In this document: positions 46,888-57,400 of the stretch, piece by piece
Position numbering within the stretch: the stretch's first letter is position 1
How the letters are laid out: each line of letters begins with the position of its first letter
Virus record (IMG/VR): IMGVR_UViG_3300032782_000001
Span: 186,001 to 250,000 of that record
Length of the DNA stretch: 64,000 nt
Reading direction: 5' to 3' (one strand)
Notes under the pieces: generated by a model
The model's database searches: none
Seen by the model: the letters and a program-made list of their open reading frames with translations, nothing else
What the model was told of the DNA's origin: nothing
Position numbers and translations under genes: made by a program

Positions 46888-49035
46888 TCAGAATCCGAAA
46901 ATGAAAGACAATGCGTCGATGATGCCGGTGCCAGGACCACCTGCTGTTATGACGAGCCCAGAGTGGAGACCGAATGGAGAGTCTCCTGGTTTATCAGTAG
47001 AAGCTTGAAGATCGGAAGCCAGCTGATCTGCGCTCCCAGCAGAATTGACGTCCACGAAGACACTGACGGTTAAGTCAATACTCAAGATGGCCAAAATATC
47101 GAGAATTGTCTGAACAAGTTGTTCTAGTTGGACGACCTTTTGAATCAGTGTTTGAATAATTTCCGTAATTTCTTTTACGGCGTCCTGAATGGCTTTAAGT
47201 AAAGCCAAAATGAATTGTTCCAACCAGTTCAACAACTTACGAAGGTCAGGGAGAAGGTCTCCAAGAGTAACAGAATACCAATGAAGATATGAAGTGTTGA
47301 AAGATAATAGAGCCAGAGCCAATCTGAGAAAATCAGCCAAGTCTTTGCGTTGTTGAGCCGCAATTCCGCCGGGAATGGCAGGACTGATCGGATAAGGTCC
47401 TTTAAAAGGTGAACTGGTATTAGTGGAAGTATAATTATTTTCTAGTGCCAAGTATGCATTGATCTTGGTACCACTCGTAGTAGTAATTCCGCCAATGATC
47501 CCTATGAAACTCCAGATATCTGTGGTATTGATGATGGTATTTACGGTAACATTAACTCCTGCCGTCCATTTATCCGTCAGGTTCTGCAGAAGTGTCGGCT
47601 GAGCATAAAGCTTGTCCAAAACCATGTTCGACAATCGTCGAGACATGGAAGTAAACAAAAAAGCATTTTTAAGCTGATCCGATGTATTGTAAGCTGCTTT
47701 CAGTGGTCCCATTTGACCACCAATCATCGTCAGCGTACCCCAACCAGTTTTTTGCTGCTGTTGCTGAACGTTATCTGTGGAAGAAGCTTGAGGGAAATCA
47801 AAATTCAATAGAATCCCGGCTTTGACAGCGTTATTTAGATCATTATATGGGTCAAAGTCCCCAGTCGGGATGACCGGTACTACTCCCTTAACGATAGCGC
47901 TAGCTTTCCCGAGAGTAACACCTGGTTCGGTCCTGAAATACCATTGGACTCCGGAACGGAATAGCAAAGTATTCTGAGCAGCAATTACGTCATCGGGGGA
48001 CTTGAGAGCTAAATACTGGGTCGGCTCGCCGAAAAACGCACGAATTCTATAATAATAGGTAGCCCCTTGAACGAGCGCGGGATCATTATCAATGTATGTA
48101 TAAGTGCCAGTCAAATTTCCTTCTACAAGACTAGCACCATCTACACGAATTTTGGTACCAAAATCTCTGTAAGTGCTCCCCGTCCAATCTCGAACAAGAT
48201 ATTTGGTCTTGACAGCGGGAAATGAATACCTATCCAAGATAGGATTAACACTATTGCCGAGAACAGAAGTATCAGGGAGAATTGATACCAACTGACCACG
48301 CGGATTAAGTGCATCTGTACGTTCGACAATGAAGCTCGGGAAGCTGAACGATGTATATAATGAAGTAGCTTGACCAATGAGCCCGGTCAATCCGCTTCCT
48401 GCAGGGGAATCTGGCATGCGCCATTGCAATGCAACAGCTTTCTGCAAATCCGGACTGAAAACACTGGCAAATTGAGTAACAGCAGCGGCAGCACTGCCTT
48501 CGGTTTGAGTCACAGGACGTGCAGTTACTGCAACAGGAGCAGGAAGTTGAATCTGCAACGGATGCTTCAGCAAATACAAGAGCTCAAAAATTAGTCCGAG
48601 CAAGTCGCCGGGGGAATCAGCACCAATATACAGAATGAGCATGGCGACGGCCGAGCCGTCAGGATACATGGGCCGAAAAACATCGGCAGTATCATAAAAT
48701 TTACCAACAACTTTAGTTTCAAACCCAGGATACGCTCCAGATACAGAATTGAATACACCAGTAATATCAGCCTGACTGAAGTCAGGATGAACTAGAAGGA
48801 TAGAAAATCCAGTCGCTGCAATTTGATCAAGCAAAAGCTCAATCGCGGCAAGGATCAAATAAACAGCTGCAATAATAGGACTTAGCAGAGCTAGTAAGAA
48901 GATCTGAATGATCTCTAGGAAGGCTTCTAATACGGCTTCGACGACTTGAAGAACTATGAGGAGACCTTCGAAAACCGGGATGAGCGGATCGAACGGAGCA
49001 AAATGAAAAGTTACTGTTGCGATCCAGTCAGCCAT
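46888..49035 (-). CDS. Baseplate-associated protein with long hydrophobic/amphipathic terminal helices and a central Fn3-like domain
   Basis: N-terminal ~60-aa hydrophobic helix, C-terminal amphipathic helix, 'VALQW...LVQGATYYYRIRAF' Fn3 pattern. Confidence 0.6.
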   Translation of the reverse strand: MADWIATVTFHFAPFDPLIPVFEGLLIVLQVVEAVLEAFLEIIQIFLLALLSPIIAAVYLILAAIELLLDQIAATGFSILLVHPDFSQADITGVFNSVSGAYPGFETKVVGKFYDTADVFRPMYPDGSAVAMLILYIGADSPGDLLGLIFELLYLLKHPLQIQLPAPVAVTARPVTQTEGSAAAAVTQFASVFSPDLQKAVALQWRMPDSPAGSGLTGLIGQATSLYTSFSFPSFIVERTDALNPRGQLVSILPDTSVLGNSVNPILDRYSFPAVKTKYLVRDWTGSTYRDFGTKIRVDGASLVEGNLTGTYTYIDNDPALVQGATYYYRIRAFFGEPTQYLALKSPDDVIAAQNTLLFRSGVQWYFRTEPGVTLGKASAIVKGVVPVIPTGDFDPYNDLNNAVKAGILLNFDFPQASSTDNVQQQQQKTGWGTLTMIGGQMGPLKAAYNTSDQLKNAFLFTSMSRRLSNMVLDKLYAQPTLLQNLTDKWTAGVNVTVNTIINTTDIWSFIGIIGGITTTSGTKINAYLALENNYTSTNTSSPFKGPYPISPAIPGGIAAQQRKDLADFLRLALALLSFNTSYLHWYSVTLGDLLPDLRKLLNWLEQFILALLKAIQDAVKEITEIIQTLIQKVVQLEQLVQTILDILAILSIDLTVSVFVDVNSAGSADQLASDLQASTDKPGDSPFGLHSGLVITAGGPGTGIIDALSFIFGF

Positions 49036-49051
49036 TTTAACAGTTCAACAA

Positions 49052-49345
49052 TTAGCGTTTGCTAATACTATCTCTAACTCCAATAAGATGATCGATTCTA
49101 GATCTTTCCACTTTGATCAAATTCTCCATTCGTTCTTTCACGGTCTGAAGATGAGCTTTGACTCTTCCGAAGTGAATCCTTTGGTTATGCTTCCATGGGA
49201 TTCCCTTCTCTACCCCAGAGCCAGCGCAATCAGAAGCTTCTGCTGATCGTCCAGAAGCTTCTGAAGATTCTCCACTCTCGTATCCGCTGCCTGCTTCAGC
49301 TGCGTCAACGATCCCGTTTTCCGATTGATCCTCTGGTCGATCCAT
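49052..49345 (-). CDS. Small protein overlapping the end of the 1752-aa gene (start uncertain)
   Basis: Fills the 158-nt gap with a plausible helical C-terminus (WKHNQRIHFGRVKAHLQTVKERMENL). The only upstream ATG lies 136 nt inside the previous gene. Confidence 0.45.
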   Translation of the reverse strand: MDRPEDQSENGIVDAAEAGSGYESGESSEASGRSAEASDCAGSGVEKGIPWKHNQRIHFGRVKAHLQTVKERMENLIKVERSRIDHLIGVRDSISKR

Positions 49346-52300
49346 AGGTACCTGGTGTCGTATAGCTTATCGCCATTTTTCAAGATAGACGCGATCTTCT
49401 TCGTAAAAGAAGTCACATCGGAGATGCGTTGTGCAATAAGCGTTTGCCTAGCTACGCTACCGGACGGATCCGGCGCAGCTGCCCAAGCTTCAGTGGCAGA
49501 CAGGAAGGCAAGAGTTTTTTGGAAATACCCCGCCATGAATTGAGGACCTTTAGTACCTAGGAATGAGTATTTTTGGATAATAATATACTGAGTGGGACCC
49601 GAAGACGGGAAAGCGTAAAATGGAGAAGAAGTGGATACGGTAATAGTTGTGGTCGTCTTGCTCTTAATTTCGTAGACTCCTTGGTTTGGACCGGAAGGGA
49701 CATAAAGAACATACTTTGTAGTCACGTCCGAGAAATCAGTTGAATTATCAGTAAGGACAGCACCAGACGCCGTTCCAGTCCCGGATTGACCTACAGGACC
49801 CCAATCTCGAATAATTTGATCCACAATCGGAAGTTCTGCGTTCAGAGTTCCAATAATAGCAAGAGGAACCGGAGGAGCAGCTACATTGTTGACAAGGATC
49901 CCGAGTTCCTTGGTCAGAATGTCAGGGAGAGCTCCATCAATAGTTACTTTTACAAGATTGCTGCCGGTTGTATCTAGAGAAGTAAATGGAATTGTAACCG
50001 TCGCAGTAACTCCCGATACTGCGGAAATAACTTTATCTTGATTAGCATTCGGTCCATTAATGAACCGGACAGTATCTCCGACTGCTACACTGAATGGTAA
50101 ACCGGAAATAGTAGTTGTCGTCGGAGATACCGTAGCAACACCGAAAGTATCAAGTGCGGTTGCTTCAAGTGCCAGGTATCGGGACTCTGATCCATATTTC
50201 ATCTGCGGCCTGGAAAGCCGTCCGTCATCCAATTGTTCAATCCCATCCAAAGCGGGGATACGTGTGGCCTTGGTGTTTTGAGGAATATAGAATACCAAAG
50301 TTTCTACAATTTCATTCCCAACCGGAGGGAACTGGAAAGCAGAACTGGGATCAGCCTGAGTAATGTTGTCGATTCCACCGGAATCACCATCAACAAACAC
50401 GTCTCGTTGATCAAAGTAGAACCTGAATGTGGTGTCGTTAGCGGCCAGAAGAGAATGTTGCAAACTGCCAGAAGTCAAAGTGGTGGGCGTATCAATGGTA
50501 ATGGCAGTACCTGAGATGTTTGTCACATTAGCGATGACGTCAGGGGTCCCATCAGGCGCAAAAATGTGAACAGGCTGCATCAATTCAAATGGAGGAGTCA
50601 AAGTTTTAGTATCACCATTTTTGTCAATATTTAGAACAGTGCCGCCAGCAGAAGTAGAAGAGAAAATGGCGTTAGATAAACCAGACGTCACGACAAATGC
50701 ATATAGGAGATTGGATACTGGTTGTCCGAGAACAGAGAGTGTTCCCATGACAGCTCCATAATCGTCACTCGTTACTTGATCATTCAATGCTGCAGTGGCC
50801 ACAACCAAAGTCCTGAAGAATCTCCCGAATCGGTTGATTCCTCCCATATACCCGTAAAATGGAGCGAGTTCGAAATCAAAAAAGTCAACAAGCTCGAAGA
50901 AATCGAAAAGCTTAATCTGATCGTCAATATCATTAGTGACTTGAGTCAGATCGGCTCTCGGAGGATTGGCAGTATTTCCATCAAAACGGAAACGACCGTC
51001 GGTACCACCAACCACACGACCGTCTAGGTTAGCAAGAAGATCCTCCCATGCATTAGTCAAATCGTTATACCACTTGAGAAGGCGAATAGCGACAAGGTCA
51101 ATATTGGAATAATGTTGTTCTGGAAAGAAAAGACTCGGATTCCCGAAATCTTTTGCTTTCATGGAACTCCTACTTGCGGTATCTGGTCCGGAAGAGCCTC
51201 CGGCTTGAGCACTTTGTTGAAGAAGTGCTTGGACTTCCGGCAGGAATGTGTTGAATGATTCAATTCTATAAAAGAAGCTATCGGGTGCGTACAGAGTATA
51301 TGAAGCTACCAATTGCTGAGTCAAAATTCCATTGGAATCGCTAGGTGCAATAGCATGAGAATAGTTTAGATGGAATACGGACCCAGCAGGCTTCGATACC
51401 CTTGCCACGTAAAGGACCTGTAGAGAATCACCAAACACAGCATCAGTGCTGAGTTTAATGAGACCACCCTCTGCAACGGTGTAATCAACATTGTTTGCGA
51501 GGACCGCCCGATTCGGTCCCATTCGAATAAGAGTAACAGGAAAATCGACGTCTAACGGCTTGTCTGTTTGGAATTTCCCATCCGTTTTCAACACGGGACG
51601 AACAGTTCTAGTAATATTCGGAATAATGTAATTCCTGACGGCAGCAGAAGCCAATGTGATCTTGGTCGTATTGGCTTTAGTGTCTTTCAAAACTGAAAGA
51701 ACATAATACGGGTCTCCGTCAACAGTGATGACTGTCCCAATCCTATACGGCAAGTCCCCGGTAAGGGTTATGGAATTCGTGCCCTTCGTGAAGGAATCAG
51801 AAGGAGCAGTTTCATGAACCCTATAATCTCCATTAATCGGCTCACAAACGAGAATAGGAGAACTTCCAGAATCTGCAATGGCGGCATTTTCAAATACAAC
51901 TTCAGTAGTATCGGTACTGCTGTTGTATGTCACAAGCTTTGCAATTACAACATCTTTATCAGAGAGAAGGAATGCTGACCCCGGGGAAACTGTGGACGTT
52001 TGATCCCCATTGAAAGATGCTTGCGTAGATCCTTTAGTAATAACTGGCGGGTCTTGATCAATAGGAGCAAAAATAAGATTGAACATCCCGTTACCACCGG
52101 GTGCATTTTGAACCCAGTAGTCGAGAACAACTGAATCACCGGCTTTGGAAGGGTTTGTCAGATTGATAGTTCCGGGAGGAACAAAAGTGAAGTCAGTAGA
52201 TTTTTGAGTGAAACCGTTGATGGCCACCTGAATTGGCCTATCCAGGCTTACAATATCTCCATCCGGATTGAAGGTGACTTTCGTTGAACCGGTGGTGACT

Positions 52301-54468
52301 ACGCCATTTTCCTGGCGGATTTTGAAAATAGCTTTTTCGACCTTCGGGATAGGTGTGAAATTAATGTTATCAGTAGAGCTCAAGAAGATATAATGAGCTT
52401 CAAAAGATTGACCGGCCTTTGCCGGATTAGTAAGATTGACTTGACCAACTGATGCCAGAATCGAGTATTCTGACTCATCCATCAGTGTGTAAGGACCAGC
52501 AGGACTGTCAGCCTTATATAAGGTGAATTTCTTCATCTTTGGCTTAAAATCTGTCCAAAATCTGTCTGCTACAATCTCCCTATCTTGCCTTAAATCGACG
52601 GAATCAGGTCCAGCATTAGACAAATTCGGGGAAACAGTAACCTGCCTTGGAGTGTCCACCGTGAGGATCTTGTAGATCCCGGAATTGCCACCAGCCGGGA
52701 AAAGTAAGAACTTCCCAATATGGGAAGGAGTAAACACAGGAGAATCTGAAACGAACGTATCCGGAAGATGGACAGTCCCAACAATCCCGAGAATATTTTT
52801 GGGATCATCTTCACCAATCGGTTCAATGAATTCTAAAAGACCGGTGTCTTCATCGAAATTAAAATCAACACCAGGAATAATTGGATGTCCATTCAGAGAG
52901 ACTTCGAATCCCTGTTTGGTGATGGCGCCTTCAGCTAATTTCACTACTGGTGAATCTTTGGCCAGTACGATGTCTACAGTCTTGCGGAAGCAAAATTTGA
53001 ATTGATGGGAATCAAGATCTAGAAGATATCCGTAACCTTGCTTAGTAGGATCTGTCCCATCTCTTAATTCTCCACTCAAAGTCCCGGTGGAACCGGGACC
53101 TGGAAGAATGAAAAATTGCAGGGTAGAATCAACAATGGGTGTAGTTGGGAGCATAACGAAAGGCCCTGCTCCAATACCATCTACGATTACCTGATCAACT
53201 ACGGAGTAGAGGATGACAAAATCCTTGACTGCCTCCTCTCCAGAACCATTGATACCGGATCTGTAAACCTGGAAAGAAACCCCCCTTTCTACAATTTGAG
53301 CTGCATGAACATATGAAATAGTCCACCCAAGGTAATTACCGATATCGTCTGAAGAAAAATAAACTGCCCCGGTAGATACATCGCCGAAAACAGTTCCGCT
53401 TGAAGGTTCATCATCGGGTGTAGATACAGACGAATCGAACAGACTCATTGGGAAATAGTTGCGTAACTGACCGACGAGTTCAGCAAACACAACATATCGA
53501 CTATTTTCATCAGTCGTAAGTCCAACCAAACCAGGAATGAAGAATTGTGGAGTAGGGAAACTCGTAGTGATGGGACCGACATTGGTCCGATCAAGTTGGA
53601 AGCTATCCATGATTACCCCGTCATAGTAGACGGTAGCTTCCAAGTTGGAGTTAATGTCAAAGTCGGAAAATTTTACTCGACCGGTGTCGAGAGACCAGGT
53701 AAAAGTCCCTGGAGCAGGAGTTCCAAGAGAACCTTCATTAGGAACTTCAATGGCTTGCAACAACGGCCCGTACCCGATCCGAATCCGAGGAGTTTGTCCG
53801 GGAGCCGGTAGAGGGTTCAGGAATAAGAAATAGGATGAAGCAGATGAAAGAGGAAGTTGACCAATAGACCCTTTCCTCTGAGTCCTATCAAAGAAATTCT
53901 GTCTCTGACCGTAAACAGTTTGACCTGAATATGTTGCGAGATCTGAAGCACTGAAATTAAGCGATCCGGTATCTTTAGCTATTTGGAGTTTTCCGGCAGT
54001 CAAAGATGACGGATTAGTGAAGTCAGATTCATGATTCACTACGTGAACGTCAAATGTGACAAGTCGTACGGGGGTTCCAACGTAGAAAGAGAATGGGGCC
54101 GTAGCAATAGTCGGATCAGGAACTGCTGCCACCAGTCGTGGGTTATTTCCGATAATTCCAACATTGTCCGGAGGACCGCCAGGGGACGGCATCCACCTAC
54201 GATTAAATCCATCCCAGTCAAATCGATTTACACCGGGTTCATTTTTCGTCCAACGGAAAATGAGATCAGGATTTCCAATCTCAATTTCTTGTTCACCTGC
54301 TAAAAGACTGTCAGCTAGAATAACATATTCAGCACGACTAGTAGTAGCTTGGAAAGTGTCATTATTTTCAGGGAGAACGTAATTACGTGGAGGAAATGAG
54401 AACAGGTTATTACCTGAACTCACTCGAACACCTTCTAGCAGCATTCCACTAGTGTCAATTAGGGACAT
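49210..54468 (-). CDS. Giant baseplate structural protein (1752 aa)
   Basis: Repeated 'DF..D..TG.L.F' beta-domains and 'GPN.G.Y.I' segments typical of large phage baseplate proteins; position between spike and wedge genes. Confidence 0.6.
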   Translation of the reverse strand: MSLIDTSGMLLEGVRVSSGNNLFSFPPRNYVLPENNDTFQATTSRAEYVILADSLLAGEQEIEIGNPDLIFRWTKNEPGVNRFDWDGFNRRWMPSPGGPPDNVGIIGNNPRLVAAVPDPTIATAPFSFYVGTPVRLVTFDVHVVNHESDFTNPSSLTAGKLQIAKDTGSLNFSASDLATYSGQTVYGQRQNFFDRTQRKGSIGQLPLSSASSYFLFLNPLPAPGQTPRIRIGYGPLLQAIEVPNEGSLGTPAPGTFTWSLDTGRVKFSDFDINSNLEATVYYDGVIMDSFQLDRTNVGPITTSFPTPQFFIPGLVGLTTDENSRYVVFAELVGQLRNYFPMSLFDSSVSTPDDEPSSGTVFGDVSTGAVYFSSDDIGNYLGWTISYVHAAQIVERGVSFQVYRSGINGSGEEAVKDFVILYSVVDQVIVDGIGAGPFVMLPTTPIVDSTLQFFILPGPGSTGTLSGELRDGTDPTKQGYGYLLDLDSHQFKFCFRKTVDIVLAKDSPVVKLAEGAITKQGFEVSLNGHPIIPGVDFNFDEDTGLLEFIEPIGEDDPKNILGIVGTVHLPDTFVSDSPVFTPSHIGKFLLFPAGGNSGIYKILTVDTPRQVTVSPNLSNAGPDSVDLRQDREIVADRFWTDFKPKMKKFTLYKADSPAGPYTLMDESEYSILASVGQVNLTNPAKAGQSFEAHYIFLSSTDNINFTPIPKVEKAIFKIRQENGVVTTGSTKVTFNPDGDIVSLDRPIQVAINGFTQKSTDFTFVPPGTINLTNPSKAGDSVVLDYWVQNAPGGNGMFNLIFAPIDQDPPVITKGSTQASFNGDQTSTVSPGSAFLLSDKDVVIAKLVTYNSSTDTTEVVFENAAIADSGSSPILVCEPINGDYRVHETAPSDSFTKGTNSITLTGDLPYRIGTVITVDGDPYYVLSVLKDTKANTTKITLASAAVRNYIIPNITRTVRPVLKTDGKFQTDKPLDVDFPVTLIRMGPNRAVLANNVDYTVAEGGLIKLSTDAVFGDSLQVLYVARVSKPAGSVFHLNYSHAIAPSDSNGILTQQLVASYTLYAPDSFFYRIESFNTFLPEVQALLQQSAQAGGSSGPDTASRSSMKAKDFGNPSLFFPEQHYSNIDLVAIRLLKWYNDLTNAWEDLLANLDGRVVGGTDGRFRFDGNTANPPRADLTQVTNDIDDQIKLFDFFELVDFFDFELAPFYGYMGGINRFGRFFRTLVVATAALNDQVTSDDYGAVMGTLSVLGQPVSNLLYAFVVTSGLSNAIFSSTSAGGTVLNIDKNGDTKTLTPPFELMQPVHIFAPDGTPDVIANVTNISGTAITIDTPTTLTSGSLQHSLLAANDTTFRFYFDQRDVFVDGDSGGIDNITQADPSSAFQFPPVGNEIVETLVFYIPQNTKATRIPALDGIEQLDDGRLSRPQMKYGSESRYLALEATALDTFGVATVSPTTTTISGLPFSVAVGDTVRFINGPNANQDKVISAVSGVTATVTIPFTSLDTTGSNLVKVTIDGALPDILTKELGILVNNVAAPPVPLAIIGTLNAELPIVDQIIRDWGPVGQSGTGTASGAVLTDNSTDFSDVTTKYVLYVPSGPNQGVYEIKSKTTTTITVSTSSPFYAFPSSGPTQYIIIQKYSFLGTKGPQFMAGYFQKTLAFLSATEAWAAAPDPSGSVARQTLIAQRISDVTSFTKKIASILKNGDKLYDTRYLWIDQRINRKTGSLTQLKQAADTRVENLQKLLDDQQKLLIALALG

Positions 54469-54484
54469 TGATCTGAACCGTACC

Positions 54485-55060
54485 TTAGCTCATGACGCCG
54501 ACGCCAGCACCGGCTCCAGGGAATGGGCTAGGAGCACCAGCTATTACGGTAACCCCTTTTGCGGTCGGCAAAGCAGTGTCTAAGCCAATGGCAACTGCTG
54601 TCGCCATTGTAACGGAAGCGATTCCAAGCAATCCAGCTGCTTTAAATCCTGCAATGAATGCAGGGACAGAAATTCCAGGGTTAGGAATTGCTGTAACAAC
54701 ACCCGCTCCTACTCCTACTAAAGGGTCTACGGTATTGATGATTGCAGTTGCAAAAATTTGAGTAAGACCGAGTGCGACAGCCGTGGCAGCTGGAGCTGAG
54801 AATATTCCAACTAATACGGAAGACGCGAAAGCTGCGACCATTTGGCCTACGGGAGGTGGCATGATGAGTCCAATTCCCGTTCCCTTTCCAACGCCTAACG
54901 TCCCCGTGTCCACCGTAGCGATTACGATGCCAGGAGCATATGTTGCAAGACCTGTGGCAATGCCAAGTGCGACTTGAGCCGTAGATATGCCATGGAAAGA
55001 AGCTCCTGCCATGCTCGCTGCTATAATGGCAGCATTTGCTGGAACAGCTAGAAGAGGCAT
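54485..55060 (-). CDS. Ala/Gly-rich hydrophobic three-repeat protein, candidate spike-tip cap
   Basis: Three ~58-aa repeats (..A.F/M....GI.S...A.(A/G)(V/I)A.GL......TV....G.G.G); directly downstream of the spike gene. Confidence 0.55.
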   Translation of the reverse strand: MPLLAVPANAAIIAASMAGASFHGISTAQVALGIATGLATYAPGIVIATVDTGTLGVGKGTGIGLIMPPPVGQMVAAFASSVLVGIFSAPAATAVALGLTQIFATAIINTVDPLVGVGAGVVTAIPNPGISVPAFIAGFKAAGLLGIASVTMATAVAIGLDTALPTAKGVTVIAGAPSPFPGAGAGVGVMS

Positions 55061-55084
55061 CAGTAAACCAATCCCGAGTTCGGG

Positions 55085-57400
55085 CTAACCGACCAATACT
55101 GTGGGAACACCCAATAGAGGAATCCCCACTAAATAATCTAGATGCGGCGCAGGCGGACCAGGTATGCCAGCAATAGCGAACCCAACGCCAGTCGGGCCAA
55201 CTTTGCACAGTGGAGCAATCATACTCGCAATACCAGCCGCCACGACGCTGGCCACAGGACCTCCAACAAAGGAGGCAGTTCCAGCCGCGCACGTCAAAGC
55301 AAGATTTCCAGCACCAACAGTGGCCGCAAGGTTCCCGGCACCAACAGTGATAGCAGTATTTCCTGCCGCAGTAGAAAGAGCATAATTTCCTGCAGCAACA
55401 GTATCAGCCATTGCGCCAGCTACAACTGTACGAGTCATGGCTCCAGCTAAAATCATGTAGACGTCCAGACCAGCCACGACAGTCTTGATGTCACCAAGTG
55501 CGAATGCAGTAATTCTAGGTTGAGCAAAAAGTTCCGTAGTGAGTCCGAGAATTGTCTGATTGACGTTCCCGGCAAATTTCATTTTGCAACCACCAACGCC
55601 AGCATTGAGTGTGATGGTATTGGCTTCTACGGCCCAGGCTCCACCCACGTTTTGAACGGAACTACCTTGGATGAGATCCATGGAAGTCCCAGTCATTGTT
55701 CTTAAATCATCTCCTGTCAAAACAGTTTCCCGACCACCGACACCTGCATATGTAGTCTTAATCTTCCCTGCGAGAGTAAGATCGATAGAAATAGGATCCA
55801 GATCATCGTCAGGGTCTTCCTTCATGAAAGCACCGACTTTGATCTTCATACCACCTTGGAGAGATGCATCCAAGCTCACACGGGATTGATCCATTCCAAG
55901 GATTGTTTTAACGGCGCCAAGAATGTTGGCGTCAATAGACTTACCCGATTCATCAGGCTGAGAACCCGTGCTAGCGGGCACATGTAAAAGAACCCGGCCT
56001 TCTTTCGTGATACCGAAAGCATACTGATTACTATTCATGGGGCTTTGAACCCTGAATAGCCTGCAAAGAGCCTTCGTATCAGCGTCAGACTGGCTAGTTA
56101 CAGTGTCAATCGGGTCAAATTTAGGACCATTGGAAGGAGAAGCTTCGTCAGGACTATCAAAGACCCTCATGGTGAGGATCCGTTTGTAAAGAGCTCGACC
56201 CGGAACGGTGTATGGATCGTTTCCTACTACGGTTCCGTAGACATCTTCAATGAATGATTGTGGGTATCCGATGGGATCAATTTGAATCCCATCTCCATCG
56301 GCCGTAACGGCCATAGTTCCATCGCTAGTGTGTCGAATCTCTCTCCGATCTTCCACATAGCAATCAGAGGCTTCGTCAAAGCTTAGGCCATGTTCTCCCG
56401 TGACAATGTAACTCGCACGTTGTCCATCAGGGTGAACTACGTAAGGATAGAAAGGATCATTAGGATCGTCAGGAAATGATTTGGTTCCATCTTCATTAAT
56501 GAGACCAAAAATGAGAAGTTGATTGTAAGCAGGACTATTGATTGGGACGCCTTTAGCCCCAATCACAGAACGTGAAGCAACAGGATTCCCGTCAGAGTCA
56601 ACAACGGGATTCCCAGAAGAATCGAGTAAATCTTGAGTGTCAAATGGATTTGCGGCTAGGAAATCGTCGAAGGACTGGGTTCCAGTAGGATCGAAGCCAG
56701 AAGTGATTAGATCAGGAAGAAGATTGAAAGCATCTCTTCGAATGAGACCTCGTCGATAATAACCAGCGGCATTACTTATGAACTCATTACTGGTTTGCAT
56801 GACGTATGTTTGGTCTGCGTCACGCAACCGGATTTCATTGCCTGCACGATTCGTGGCATAGAAATCTCTATCTAAAATAATATCGGCTCCAGAGCTAGAA
56901 GAAGCAATGAAGTCCCCGGGATAGCCTTTACGAGCCTTGACTCGAGTGACTTCCAAATTCAGATGAGGGTCATCTGCCAATTCCGGCATGATGGAGAGGA
57001 CAGAAGCAATGTCACCAGGATCTGCCGTAGAGAAGGGAGTATAATCACGAGCTGATAGCGTCCCAACGGTCATTACGGAAATGATGTAAGGGACGTAAGC
57101 TCGTGCCCCCAATTTCTTCCATCCAAGAATAACTCTAGACCCGGGTTCTAGAATGGAACCGGACCAAGAGCGGGGGCCACCGCCACCAGAAGCCGGAAGC
57201 GGTACGTCATGGCGTTCCCCGTTCCCCGTTTCGAGACGAACAGAACAGACCATCTGTTCCGTATCGACGTGAATAACACGACCAGCCCACAGATAAGCCC
57301 GAGCATCAGGTCCGTCCAGGGAATGCGCCCTGGCTCCGCCCATCGCCCGAGGATCTGGCGTCATGGGTACCGGAGGTCGGAAATTATTTTCGTTCGCCAC
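55085..57400 (-). CDS. Baseplate central spike (gp5/VgrG/gpV-like)
   Basis: N-terminal OB-fold pattern GRVIHVD...CSVRL...EPGSRVILGW; C-terminal 9-residue beta-helix repeats (TVVAG, TVAAGN, TVGAGN); follows the hub. Confidence 0.8.
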   Translation of the reverse strand: MANENNFRPPVPMTPDPRAMGGARAHSLDGPDARAYLWAGRVIHVDTEQMVCSVRLETGNGERHDVPLPASGGGGPRSWSGSILEPGSRVILGWKKLGARAYVPYIISVMTVGTLSARDYTPFSTADPGDIASVLSIMPELADDPHLNLEVTRVKARKGYPGDFIASSSSGADIILDRDFYATNRAGNEIRLRDADQTYVMQTSNEFISNAAGYYRRGLIRRDAFNLLPDLITSGFDPTGTQSFDDFLAANPFDTQDLLDSSGNPVVDSDGNPVASRSVIGAKGVPINSPAYNQLLIFGLINEDGTKSFPDDPNDPFYPYVVHPDGQRASYIVTGEHGLSFDEASDCYVEDRREIRHTSDGTMAVTADGDGIQIDPIGYPQSFIEDVYGTVVGNDPYTVPGRALYKRILTMRVFDSPDEASPSNGPKFDPIDTVTSQSDADTKALCRLFRVQSPMNSNQYAFGITKEGRVLLHVPASTGSQPDESGKSIDANILGAVKTILGMDQSRVSLDASLQGGMKIKVGAFMKEDPDDDLDPISIDLTLAGKIKTTYAGVGGRETVLTGDDLRTMTGTSMDLIQGSSVQNVGGAWAVEANTITLNAGVGGCKMKFAGNVNQTILGLTTELFAQPRITAFALGDIKTVVAGLDVYMILAGAMTRTVVAGAMADTVAAGNYALSTAAGNTAITVGAGNLAATVGAGNLALTCAAGTASFVGGPVASVVAAGIASMIAPLCKVGPTGVGFAIAGIPGPPAPHLDYLVGIPLLGVPTVLVG

